Assembly: GCA_002306975.1 (NCBI GenBank)
Contig: DBTI01000094.1
Location: 1,193-60,600 of the forward strand
Direction of reading: 5' to 3'
Source: Ruminococcaceae bacterium UBA1320
GTDB lineage: Bacteria; Bacillota; Clostridia; Oscillospirales; Ethanoligenentaceae
DNA: 59,408 bases
Shown here: piece by piece, positions 1 through 9,012 of the stretch
Layout of the letters: the number at the start of each line of letters is the position of its first letter
Numbering within the stretch: position 1 is the first letter of the stretch
The notes under the pieces: generated by a model
Databases searched by the model: none
Seen by the model: only the letters and a program-made list of their open reading frames with translations
Told to the model about the DNA's origin: nothing
Program-made: the position numbers and the translations under genes

Positions 1-527
1 ATAACAAGCCCGAGCAGAGAGCCGCCGATACCGGCAATCTGATTCAAGCCCATTGCCATCCCGCGTTCTTTTGAAGAAAAAGCATCCGTAAGAATCGCAG
101 TGCTGTTGGAAAAGAGAAATCCTGCACCGACCCCCTGAAGCAGTCTGAAGATAATCATCATCATAATACCGCTCGGACCGCTGCCCGGTGTGAAGAATAA
201 TAAAATAGAGGCTACTGTAAAAATTGCAAATCCCATGTTATACAGTTTGACACGCCCGTATATGTCTGATACCCTGCCAAACGAAACCAGCAATGTTGCT
301 GTGACAACTGTATAGCCCATTAGCATCCAAAGCATGTAGGTGGTGCCGCCAACCGACAACGGATTAATATTCATCCCACGGAAAATAGCGGGAAGTGAAA
401 TCAAAATGATGTTGTTATTAAGCGCAGCCATTAATACACCCAGCGTGGTGTTTGAAAGTGCGATCCACTTATAATGTGCTTTCTGTTTTTCTTTTTGTAA
501 ACTATTCTGTGATGAAGATTGAGGCAT
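1..527 (-). CDS. MFS transporter (DHA2/EmrB-QacA-like), 3' part runs off the window
   Basis: Manual translation from ATG 527 (RBS AAGAAGGAA): MPQSSSQ...[28 protein letters not shown]...[11 protein letters not shown] (MFS motif A)...[10 protein letters not shown]; open to the window edge; absent from ORF track. Confidence 0.9.
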   Translation of the reverse strand, partial: MPQSSSQNSLQKEKQKAHYKWIALSNTTLGVLMAALNNNIILISLPAIFRGMNINPLSVGGTTYMLWMLMGYTVVTATLLVSFGRVSDIYGRVKLYNMGFAIFTVASILLFFTPGSGPSGIMMMIIFRLLQGVGAGFLFSNSTAILTDAFSSKERGMAMGLNQIAGIGGSLLGLV

Positions 528-570
528 TCGTTTATTCCTTCTTTACCAAATATCATGACAAAGTATATCA

Positions 571-598
571 AAATATAGTTGCACAGTCAACTATATTT
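571..598. promoter_or_regulatory. Palindromic operator (MarR-like) upstream of MFS gene
   Basis: Perfect 11-bp inverted repeat AAATATAGTTG-N6-CAACTATATTT about 45 bp upstream of the start codon. Confidence 0.6.
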
Positions 599-703
599 GC
601 AAATTTCAGCTTGTTATACTAATTTCACAACGCTTCACCATAGAAATAACGTAATTGTAACAACTGTATTTAGGTGCGCACAAAACACCCTATAAAAGAG
701 GTT

Positions 704-754
704 TGGCAGAGTACCCGTGATGAGGAGGTTAAACTCATCACGAACACTCTGCCA
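704..754 (-). terminator. Hairpin downstream of agrD, probable terminator/stabiliser
   Basis: TGGCAGAGT..CGTGATGAG / CTCATCACG..ACTCTGCCA stem. Confidence 0.5.
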
Positions 755-808
755 GTGTAGTTTCTATTGGTCCTTTGACAGAACCAGCAACAAAAAATGA
801 CACAAAGG

Positions 809-940
809 TTATTTTTTGAAGTTTTTAATATTGTCAGGTGCTTTGGGTTGGTAGGTCAAACAACGGCACTCAGTGTTATTTGCCTGCTTTACAGCTCTTT
901 CGGCCATAAAGGCTACTGCTTTAAGAATGTTCTTTTTCAT
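809..940 (-). CDS. agrD: Cyclic thiolactone autoinducer peptide precursor AgrD (43 aa)
   Basis: MKKNILKAVAFMAERAVKQANNTECRCLTYQPKAPDNIKNFKK; RBS GAAAGAGG; overlaps the agrB 3' end; clostridial AgrD pattern C-x4-(Y/H)QP-x-x-P. Confidence 0.92.
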   Translation of the reverse strand: MKKNILKAVAFMAERAVKQANNTECRCLTYQPKAPDNIKNFKK

Positions 941-1526
941 GATTTTGACCTCTTTCTATTAATAAAATTTTACTCGCTAACATTAAGATAAACACCGCAA
1001 ACATTGCCCAGGAAATTTCAAAAGAAAACCTGCAATTTGCTAAGCTGATTGACAATGTAAATACCACAATAATCGCGATTACCAATATTCTGCTAAATAG
1101 CTTGTACTTTTTTTCCTGAGCTTCAGTAACCGGGCTATTCTCATTGCTGATCGGAGCAAATATAAAAATTACCGGGCATGAAATCGCCATGAGAATAAAG
1201 GAGATTATCAGCTTTAGATCGTTCGCAATATAGGTATCTAATAAAAGCATAAAAGAATATATCGTCAAGGATGTAATCAGGCACTGCACGTATGTTTTGC
1301 AATGATATCCGCCCGCATAAGCGCGCAGTATACAAAACACCAACAAATAAACCACACTATCAAGCAACATATTGGTCGATATGGCGATAATCCCGATTAT
1401 CAGAAAAGTAACTGTGTCATTTAAAATTAGTTCGATTCCATATGTATAATATTTTCTGTTATCCAATTTTATAATCTTATTGGTAACTAAAATAAGACTT
1501 AACTCTTCAGCAATTTCTTTTAACAC
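921..1526 (-). CDS. agrB: Accessory gene regulator B (AIP-processing membrane peptidase)
   Basis: Motifs YGIE, LRAYAGGYHC...C, FAP; GTG start at 1526 after AGGGG preferred over TTG 1544. Confidence 0.93.
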   Translation of the reverse strand: MLKEIAEELSLILVTNKIIKLDNRKYYTYGIELILNDTVTFLIIGIIAISTNMLLDSVVYLLVFCILRAYAGGYHCKTYVQCLITSLTIYSFMLLLDTYIANDLKLIISFILMAISCPVIFIFAPISNENSPVTEAQEKKYKLFSRILVIAIIVVFTLSISLANCRFSFEISWAMFAVFILMLASKILLIERGQNHEKEHS

Positions 1527-1587
1527 TTCATCGCCCCTAGCCAATTACTAATATATCGAAAAATCAAAAGTAAACAATATATTTTTA

Positions 1588-1617
1588 CCGAATGGTATTT
1601 ATTCTTACCCGAATGGT
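1588..1617 (-). promoter_or_regulatory. LytTR (AgrA) binding direct repeats upstream of agrBD
   Basis: Minus strand ACCATTCGG-N12-ACCATTCGG (canonical 9+12+9 geometry), followed by a weak TTGTTT-N16-TATATT promoter. Confidence 0.85.
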
Positions 1618-1675
1618 CAATTTTCGTATCATATATTGTAGAATAATGCTATATATTAGCAATGCGTCAGCAAAG

Positions 1676-1719
1676 GAAAAGCCTCCTTATTTAGCGTTTG
1701 CTACCTAAGGAGGCTTTTC
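1676..1719 (-). terminator. Intrinsic terminator after agrC
   Basis: GAAAAGCCTCCTTA...TAAGGAGGCTTTTC inverted repeat. Confidence 0.7.
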
Positions 1720-1745
1720 AATATTTGTTTAAATTTTCCTCTTAA

Positions 1746-3053
1746 TCACTGGTTTGGATCGATGTTTAACGGCAACATTACAATTGCTGTAAAAATTCCA
1801 TTATTAGTAATATATTTAAACGTTCCTTGATACTTTTCTGTGGAGGATTTGATTGATTCCAACCCAAATCCATGACGATAGATATCGTGCTTATTTGTTC
1901 TTAGCAAATCAGATTCCACAATTAATTTGTGTGCATAAGGATTTTTAACTGCGATCAAAAAATAATTTTTGTAACTATACAAAGTTGTTTTTATGAACCT
2001 ATGCATTTCATCAACTTTTGCGTTCGCCTCAATTGCATTGTCGAGCAAGTTTGAAATTATCGCGCAAATGTCAAACGCACTAATGTTTAAATTCGGGATG
2101 CAGTCAACCTGAATTTTTATTTTTATATTCTGTTGCTCGCATAAGGCTATTTTTATGTTTAAGATAGAATCGATAATACTGTTTCCGCTGCTTATGGTAA
2201 CCTTAGTATTGCTTAAGGTCTTAGTTATCGCGTCAATATATGAAATTGATTCTGAAAGATTGTTTTTTTGCAAAAGATAGGATATTGCTTCAAGATTTTT
2301 ATTGATATCATGCCTTATTTTCAGGGTTTCGGTAGTTGTCGACTTTTGAACAGAAAGCTGCTGCTCAAGTGATTGATTCTTTATCGATAAAATACAGTTT
2401 TGCTTTTCTTTATCATAGTAATAGCTGATCTCCCCGAAAAAGTAGATAACAAGAATGCTCATAATAAGAAAACCAATAGCCACCCAAAAAATATATATTG
2501 AGTTAATCGGATTGTTAAATTGGAGTAATTCATTAATTTGAACAAACAGTTCAGGCACAGCTAAAAACATAAACGTGATACAGTCTATTATAATCCAATA
2601 TTTTTTAGAAACATTAAAGTCTAACTTCTTAAAATAGTAGATACAAATAAAAATTATGGCAGCATCAATCAATTTGGCAAATAACAACAGCACATATTTA
2701 AAGGTGTTATTATCAGAATTAATGGTGTAAATACTCACATTTTGCAGATATGAATAAAGGTTACAGGTTATTAAATCAATTATTACTATAATATAATTCG
2801 TTAAAATAATAAAGAAAATTTTTATGCAGACGGCTCCTTGGTATGCTATTGATATCATCACTATGCCGACAGATAATAGAACTGTGACTCTCAGAAATGA
2901 TGAAACTGGTGATAAAATATTGGTAAGCAAGGTGTCAATAAGTATTATTATTACAAGGGCAATATACTTGCCTATTCCCTTATATCTACTTTCCATAAGC
3001 AAGTGAACCGTACCGTATACCAACATGGATTCAACAGGTATATAACTTAACAT
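1746..3053 (-). CDS. agrC: AgrC-like membrane histidine kinase (GHKL)
   Basis: Multi-TM N-terminus; RHD H-box, NLLDNAIEA N-box, HGFGLESIK G-box. Confidence 0.9.
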   Translation of the reverse strand: MLSYIPVESMLVYGTVHLLMESRYKGIGKYIALVIIILIDTLLTNILSPVSSFLRVTVLLSVGIVMISIAYQGAVCIKIFFIILTNYIIVIIDLITCNLYSYLQNVSIYTINSDNNTFKYVLLLFAKLIDAAIIFICIYYFKKLDFNVSKKYWIIIDCITFMFLAVPELFVQINELLQFNNPINSIYIFWVAIGFLIMSILVIYFFGEISYYYDKEKQNCILSIKNQSLEQQLSVQKSTTTETLKIRHDINKNLEAISYLLQKNNLSESISYIDAITKTLSNTKVTISSGNSIIDSILNIKIALCEQQNIKIKIQVDCIPNLNISAFDICAIISNLLDNAIEANAKVDEMHRFIKTTLYSYKNYFLIAVKNPYAHKLIVESDLLRTNKHDIYRHGFGLESIKSSTEKYQGTFKYITNNGIFTAIVMLPLNIDPNQ

Positions 3054-3790
3054 TGAGATATCCCCTCATTGACAATTTGGATAAAGCTGTCAATAACCTG
3101 TCCCCTTTTTCGACGGCTGAGCGGGAGGCGTACCCCATTATCCAAGACAATTTCTAATTCATCTACAGAAAATATGTATTTAATATTTACAATACAGGTT
3201 CGATGAATGTCCACAAAATTATACTCCGTATATTTCTGTATGATTTCTGAAAACTTATACCGATGAAGCGCAAACACTTCTCTTCTTGTGTATAAAAAAA
3301 CTTTTTTATTGACGCATTCAAAGTACATAATATCATCCAGCGGTATTTTAACGCTCTTTATGCCCTCACTGCAATCCACATTAAATAACTGAATTTTAAG
3401 ACTTTCAAGGTTTATTGCGTCAACCACGCGTTTTATTATCTCCGGCAGTTTTTCTTTAATTTGGTTTTTAGGAAGAAAACCGATTACTTCATATTCGAAG
3501 GTATTTATTGCTTCTTTCTCGTAGGATGTAACAAAAACAAGTTTAAATTTTTTGTCCAACAAGCGCATTTTTCTTGCGACTTCTTTGCCGTTAATTAAAG
3601 GCATGTCTATATCCAGAAAAACAATATCATAGTAAGGATTATACGTCTTTAGATTTTCAATCAACTTATTTCCGTCAGTTAATGTATATAAACAGGCGGG
3701 TATCCTTTGGTTCTTAAAAATTGTTTTTGTTTCAGCTAAAATTCTAGCTAAAAATTCATAGTCATCATCACAAAAAACAACATTTAGCAT
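3047..3790 (-). CDS. agrA: AgrA-like LytTR response regulator
   Basis: REC domain (CDDD, FLDIDMP) plus LytTR domain (IHRTCIVN, LPLSRR). Confidence 0.92.
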   Translation of the reverse strand: MLNVVFCDDDYEFLARILAETKTIFKNQRIPACLYTLTDGNKLIENLKTYNPYYDIVFLDIDMPLINGKEVARKMRLLDKKFKLVFVTSYEKEAINTFEYEVIGFLPKNQIKEKLPEIIKRVVDAINLESLKIQLFNVDCSEGIKSVKIPLDDIMYFECVNKKVFLYTRREVFALHRYKFSEIIQKYTEYNFVDIHRTCIVNIKYIFSVDELEIVLDNGVRLPLSRRKRGQVIDSFIQIVNEGISQC

Positions 3791-4038
3791 GTAACAACCC
3801 TCATATCTATATAAATGTCTATTATAATGGAAAGCTCATACCTCATTTTTATATTATTATAACATAATAATTTGACATTTAAATATGATTTGGCTCTAAA
3901 CTTGTTATTATATAGTAGTGTAGCATTAAATTTGACAAATTTAATCGAATACATGATTAGTTACTACTTTTTATATCAAAAATGGTATAATATTAATATA
4001 GTCAAAATTGTAAATAAATAAAAATAAAACTAATTGAA

Positions 4039-4710
4039 ATGGAAACAGATAATATGGATAATAAGCGCAAATTGTTGTTTAGCAGCAGAAAATATAATGC
4101 TGTTGCCAACACGGTTTTTATTGGTTTGATTATATTCCTTCTCTTTTTTGTACACGTTCAACTAGTGCCTGTAGCAATTGACATACTTGTCAAACTAATT
4201 ATCATTCTTACCCTAGCAATCGTTAATGAAAAACTATTTGAACGCCTTTGCTGTTATAAACTGAATCAGCTATTCATTCTTATCCATTCCCATAAGAACA
4301 TTTTCGAAATCGGAATGCTCCCCATCGGATACTTTTCAATGCTTTATTCCATCAAAAAACGTAATAAAAAACATATAAAAGCGGAAATAGCATTAGAAAT
4401 ACGGAAACTCATTCCCCCCGCGGTAATGCTGGCTTCGGAAATCTGCCCGGATGGCGCAATATTTGAAGCCAACACTTGGATTCTAAGCAACATTCAAAAA
4501 GCCAATTTAAGATCCGCAGGGCTCAAAATAGAAGATGGCAAAAATAAACTTTCCATTACTTTTAGGCTGGCAATGCTGTTTTCCTTTACCTATTGCGGAA
4601 TGAAAGGTAAAATGCCTAAATTATCAGCAAAACGCCAGTTCTCGGTTTTTACATGGACAAAAGAAGATCTTCTACATATCAATCCGCAGCAAGTATTCTC
4701 AAATATTTAG
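4039..4710 (+). CDS. Hypothetical membrane protein divergent from agrA
   Basis: 223-aa ORF with two N-terminal hydrophobic helices, followed by a strong terminator; no recognised motif. Confidence 0.6.
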   Translation: METDNMDNKRKLLFSSRKYNAVANTVFIGLIIFLLFFVHVQLVPVAIDILVKLIIILTLAIVNEKLFERLCCYKLNQLFILIHSHKNIFEIGMLPIGYFSMLYSIKKRNKKHIKAEIALEIRKLIPPAVMLASEICPDGAIFEANTWILSNIQKANLRSAGLKIEDGKNKLSITFRLAMLFSFTYCGMKGKMPKLSAKRQFSVFTWTKEDLLHINPQQVFSNI

Positions 4711-4745
4711 CGAAGATTTCTTCAACTCGCTTCTTGGTTCCCTTT

Positions 4746-4802
4746 TTGCATAACAAAACCTCCTGTTGTAATTATTCTACAACAGGAGGTTTTGTTATGC
4801 AA
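4746..4802. terminator. Bidirectional terminator
   Basis: 25-bp perfect inverted repeat TTGCATAACAAAACCTCCTGTTGTA between convergent genes. Confidence 0.8.
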
Positions 4803-4824
4803 TTGCCATAGCCTTGTATATTGA

Positions 4825-5445
4825 TCATTGCCTTTTGGTATACCAGAAATCGCAGAAATCCCCACCCGTTGCCAGAGTCTTGGTAAGTTTGAGATTTGCA
4901 TTCATATATTTTGCCATGACGTGGTCAAATTTGCACATCTGAGGGGCCAGTTCAACGCAGTCTTCCCGTTTTAGCAGTTTATAGATACCGCATTCATAAT
5001 TTTTGAGGCCGTACTCATCAACAGTTTTCCCATAAATGAATTCAGAAACGAAGTCGGCCTGGTACTCTCTTTGTTGTGAGCGAAGCGCCTGTTCATTGCG
5101 TTTATCCTGCCAGCCTTTACTGAAATAATCATTCATTTCAAAAAATTTGCGGAACAAAGAAACCGACTCCATGCTACTCGTCATAATCGTGCCCATCTGT
5201 TCGGGCGCTATTTTTCCCTCACCCGCTTTGTAGATGGATGCTACGAATGCGGTAACCATGATGTTGATCAACATCGGATTATGCTTGCCAACCGCCGGTG
5301 CCCTGCGTATCATTTTGAAATAATTAGGTTTAGCGCGCTTCATGACTTCTTTTGCAAAGTATGTATCAAATTTAATTGCGATTTGCCTTCGGCAGCTTTT
5401 ATTGAATAGAAGCCAAATTGCTCTTGTATAGATTATGTTGTTCAC
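4825..5445 (-). CDS. L-2-amino-thiazoline-4-carboxylic acid hydrolase family protein
   Basis: C-terminal ECGI...MCKFD...TLATGGDFCDF pattern. Confidence 0.75.
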   Translation of the reverse strand: MNNIIYTRAIWLLFNKSCRRQIAIKFDTYFAKEVMKRAKPNYFKMIRRAPAVGKHNPMLINIMVTAFVASIYKAGEGKIAPEQMGTIMTSSMESVSLFRKFFEMNDYFSKGWQDKRNEQALRSQQREYQADFVSEFIYGKTVDEYGLKNYECGIYKLLKREDCVELAPQMCKFDHVMAKYMNANLKLTKTLATGGDFCDFWYTKRQ

Positions 5446-5847
5446 AAAAACACCCCTTACACTGATTACTAAATCAAACTGATTTCCGCAGTAATAATAG
5501 AATCGCCGTTATATGAACGATCAGGAATTCATAGAACAGCCCCTCATTATAGTCATACCACAAACTTGATTTAACCATAAAAAAGCAGAGTATTTAATAA
5601 TCTCCGAAATTACTGAATTCGAAGATTAGTATTAAATACTCTGCTTCTGCTATGTCATCAAAATCATTTGCCGTTTCAATGCAATTACCTACCAATCACA
5701 TTCTGTCAGTTCAAAACATGTTAATTATATCATAACGCCTCAGTAATTACACTGTTTTTACCTAAATCCGTTGATAAAGAGTCTCAAATCGTTTGATTAT
5801 GATTTGAGACTCTTTCCTGAAATTGCTAATCATTCACAATTCTTACT

Positions 5848-6480
5848 TTATCGAATAAAGTTGGTAAATGTGTTTTCTTCATGCTCAGGGAACGGAATCC
5901 CAGCCTTGATGCCGGCTTCTTTGCACTTTAAAAACCATGCCATATTTCTTCCTAAAGTACGCATAACCTGCAATCCCTCTAAATCTTTTTTTACGTCCTC
6001 CGGCGTGTTGCCGTGAACCATGTTCCAGTACCTTGATGAGATAACAGGCATTTCTGATATGGTGAAATATTTATTAAGCTGGTCAAGTGTCGCAGTCGTT
6101 CCCGCCCTTCTTGCAGAAACAACAGCGGCTGCCGGTTTCAGGTAAAAAGAATGTTTTCCGGAGCATAAATCGGTATAGAAAACACGGTCTAAAAATGAAG
6201 TGATGGCACCTCCGGCAGACGCATAATGCACAGGTGATCCGAATACAAAACCATCAAAGCCCCCCGCGATTTCAAGAAAATCATTGACTTTGTCATGAAA
6301 CACACAGTGCCCGGTTTTTCTACAGGTTCCGCAATCAATGCATCCGGCTAACGGTTTAGTACCGATTTGAAAATATTCGGTTTCAATTCCTTCTGTATTA
6401 AGTGTTTTCACCACTTCTGCCAATGCCGTATACGTACACCCTTTTTCATCCGGGCTTCCATTCACCAATAAAACTTTCAT
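5848..6480 (-). CDS. Iron-sulfur flavoprotein / NADPH-dependent FMN reductase (flavodoxin family)
   Basis: MKVLLVNGSP start after AGGAGG; CxxCxxCx5C; GSPVHY. Confidence 0.9.
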   Translation of the reverse strand: MKVLLVNGSPDEKGCTYTALAEVVKTLNTEGIETEYFQIGTKPLAGCIDCGTCRKTGHCVFHDKVNDFLEIAGGFDGFVFGSPVHYASAGGAITSFLDRVFYTDLCSGKHSFYLKPAAAVVSARRAGTTATLDQLNKYFTISEMPVISSRYWNMVHGNTPEDVKKDLEGLQVMRTLGRNMAWFLKCKEAGIKAGIPFPEHEENTFTNFIR

Positions 6481-6705
6481 AGTTACCTCCTGTTTTCTTA
6501 ATTTTTCACTGACCGCTGATCTTATTCTTTCTATATACAACTGAATAAATAATTAGTATATGAACAGTTGTATATAGAGACGGGCTAAACGCCACAGCAC
6601 GTGCGATTTTTCGCTTCGCGAACGCACAAGTGCAATATATAACACAATGGTCTTGTGATATCGATAGGTATACCAAAAACTTATTGTGTTATATATACTA
6701 TTTTA

Positions 6706-6736
6706 AATTTAACACTTGAAGTGCACTCCATGTCAA
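6706..6736 (-). promoter_or_regulatory. MerR-type promoter (19-bp spacer with dyad)
   Basis: TTGACA-TGGAGTGCACTTCAAGTGT-TAAATT; spacer 19 nt containing the imperfect palindrome GGAGTGCACTTC. Confidence 0.7.
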
Positions 6737-6956
6737 TAGATTTTTGAACTTTTCCATATACCGCCACTTTGATAATGGGATTACTTACAAGTTAATTCTC
6801 AGGTGAAGCAAAATCACTCGGATATTAATATGATAGAAGGTGCCACTCTAAAAATAATGCAAACCTTCAGCAAAGCTTTGCAATGGGCGAAACCACCTGA
6901 GTGGCCGGATATTTAAATATATATCCGCTTTTTATACATAAAGGAAGGAGCTTTAC

Positions 6957-7964
6957 ATGCACTTTCAAAATCATGCTGTCGGCGCAATCGGAACTTTGGA
7001 GAAAATTCGTAGTCAATCCGGCATTGAAGCACTAAAATCCAATTTTCGAGATGCAGCCAAAACGAATAGAGAAAAAGCCGTTTCACTTATCAACACCTAC
7101 AAACTGCGTTTTTCTACTCTGTATATTCTTTTGCCTGAAATTGTGGATTTAAACCTGCTTGATGATCTCAGCCCGCGCAGCAAAGCCGCCTTGGACTTCT
7201 GTATGAAAATTGTTTCAGGCACAGGATTACACTTTGGAGCCAAAAATAATCCGCCCGAAAACACTGATGAAACCCACACCGTGTTGAAATGGATACTGTT
7301 AACCGGTTACGAAGACGACGGCCTCAATAACGAGTTCGATCAGATCATGGACGCCGCGGCATTAGTGCTGATACGAACCTACCATGACACTGCCATCCTG
7401 CCGAAAATTGTACACATGATATTTCTGCGGAACCGAGAAGGGTACTATATTCATGATTTGGTATGGGCTCTTTTCGGATCCTGCGACCCGAAAATTTTGA
7501 ATTTGATTGCTAACCATCTCGGCTCTCGTTACAAGCAAGACGTAAAACTTGCGAATCAACTGTTAAAGCATACATACGACGATGAAAATGAAGACGGTGC
7601 TCAAAAGCGACAGCGGCATACGTCGCACAATTCATGGTTCAGGGAAAACCGTCCGTATCTATATTTTACGGAAGAAAGTTTTCATCAAACATGCGACCCT
7701 ATTCTGTGCAGTGTGAATTTAGAGGCAAAGTATCTTTGTAAAAAAACCTCACCTCAGAAGCAACTCGCCTCAGAGCCGATTACAGAAGACGATTACAGCC
7801 GTCTTGAATCATATCGCCTTATGAATAGCAGTGATAAGGCTATCCTCGCAAAATATTCACACCGCCTGCATGTAAGCAACAGGGAACAGTGGCGCAAATG
7901 GATGAAACATCCTATTGATAAGCAGCTTCAAATTGCTTTAAGCAAGTTGGGGGGCGCGCAATGA
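6957..7964 (+). CDS. Hypothetical protein translationally coupled to tgl
   Basis: 335-aa ORF, RBS AAGGAG, ATGA overlap with tgl. Confidence 0.8.
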   Translation: MHFQNHAVGAIGTLEKIRSQSGIEALKSNFRDAAKTNREKAVSLINTYKLRFSTLYILLPEIVDLNLLDDLSPRSKAALDFCMKIVSGTGLHFGAKNNPPENTDETHTVLKWILLTGYEDDGLNNEFDQIMDAAALVLIRTYHDTAILPKIVHMIFLRNREGYYIHDLVWALFGSCDPKILNLIANHLGSRYKQDVKLANQLLKHTYDDENEDGAQKRQRHTSHNSWFRENRPYLYFTEESFHQTCDPILCSVNLEAKYLCKKTSPQKQLASEPITEDDYSRLESYRLMNSSDKAILAKYSHRLHVSNREQWRKWMKHPIDKQLQIALSKLGGAQ

Positions 7965-8725
7965 TTAAAATTGCAGGAACTCCAGCCGAACCGCAAAACT
8001 TTGAAAATGATTATCCTCATAACAGTATAGAATGGCTGATTATTCAAACAATGTCGGAAAGTACGGAAAACTATGAATATAATTCGGAAGATGAGCTCAA
8101 ATTCGAACTTGAACTGCGTAAAGCGACGGTAAATGCCGCCATAGCGCTTGACCACAGCGGTATGGAATTTGCAATTTTCCGAAAATCCAAATGTAATTCC
8201 GACTACTGGAACCGAACCGCGGAAGGCGGTTTCGAACTGAAAAACGGTGTCAGTGCCAGTGCCGCGATTCGGGATATATTTCAATCCGGACCGAAATATG
8301 CCACAGAGTGTGCGACAGCTATTCTGATCGTTTACTACAGAGCAGTTCTCGCCGTTTTCCCGGACGCGCTTTTTGACAAAGTGTTTTCTGATATTCAGTT
8401 AATGAACTGGCACCATATTGATCCGTTATTAAAAAGTGTTGGACTGATGGCAACCACCAGCGGTTTTTTGCCGGGTGATCGGAGATATTTCAAAAATCCT
8501 GATGTTAATCCCGAGACACCTGAATGGCAGGGTGAAAATGTCATTATGCTGGGCAGCGACACTTTCTACGGTCACGGCATCGGGATTCATAACGAAGCGA
8601 CCATGATTAAGGCGCTGAACCAGAACCGCATAGAAGATGCACAAAAGTCCGCCTACCTTATAAAACGGGCCGGCCGGCCGGATTTTGAGAAACTTATGAA
8701 AATAAGAAACACCTATCACGCTTAA
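7961..8725 (+). CDS. tgl: Protein-glutamine gamma-glutamyltransferase (spore coat transglutaminase)
   Basis: YATECATA catalytic Cys, PGDRRYFKNPDVNPETPEWQGEN, YGHG motifs as in Bacillus Tgl. Confidence 0.92.
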   Translation: MIKIAGTPAEPQNFENDYPHNSIEWLIIQTMSESTENYEYNSEDELKFELELRKATVNAAIALDHSGMEFAIFRKSKCNSDYWNRTAEGGFELKNGVSASAAIRDIFQSGPKYATECATAILIVYYRAVLAVFPDALFDKVFSDIQLMNWHHIDPLLKSVGLMATTSGFLPGDRRYFKNPDVNPETPEWQGENVIMLGSDTFYGHGIGIHNEATMIKALNQNRIEDAQKSAYLIKRAGRPDFEKLMKIRNTYHA

Positions 8726-8774
8726 ACGAATATCCAGCCGTAAACCTGAACTGTTGCAGTTTATAATAAAAACA

Positions 8775-8809
8775 GGTTATCTCCCCCGCCTTCGGCGGGG
8801 GAGATAACC
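8775..8809. repeat. REP-like palindrome copy A
   Basis: GGTTATCTCCCCCGCC-TTC-GGCGGGGGAGATAACC. Confidence 0.85.
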
Positions 8810-8888
8810 AAACTATGCCTATTCAAATTATAATAGACTACTTCATTTTGCTGTGCGCTTTAAAGATTTATCTTATAAAGCCCTCACT

Positions 8889-8957
8889 TCAAGGGTTACT
8901 TCCATGCAATCGAGCAGTGAACAGCTGACGCCATCCGATCCCGATTAAATATGCCAT
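8889..8957 (-). pseudogene. Probable 5' remnant of a sugar kinase (FGGY/ROK type)
   Basis: RBS GGGTGAAAACA-ATG then MAYLIGI, typical of the kinase start MxYLIGID; only 22 codons; last position in the sugar operon. Confidence 0.45.
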
Positions 8958-9012
8958 TGTTTTCACCCAACCTTTTTATGCTTGCAACAGGTAAAAATTT
9001 TGCCTTATCCCG

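Noticed and set aside
797-991. 64-aa plus-strand ORF in the track
   Set aside because: Antisense shadow of agrD/agrB; the minus-strand ORF has the RBS and the motif
3865-4010. Repeated TTTGACA/GTCAAA words between agrA and the orphan gene (Spo0A-box-like)
   Set aside because: Equally explained as -35 elements or chance in very AT-rich DNA
5520-5550. GAGGGG-ATG upstream of the ATC-hydrolase-like gene
   Set aside because: Stops after three codons; no further support
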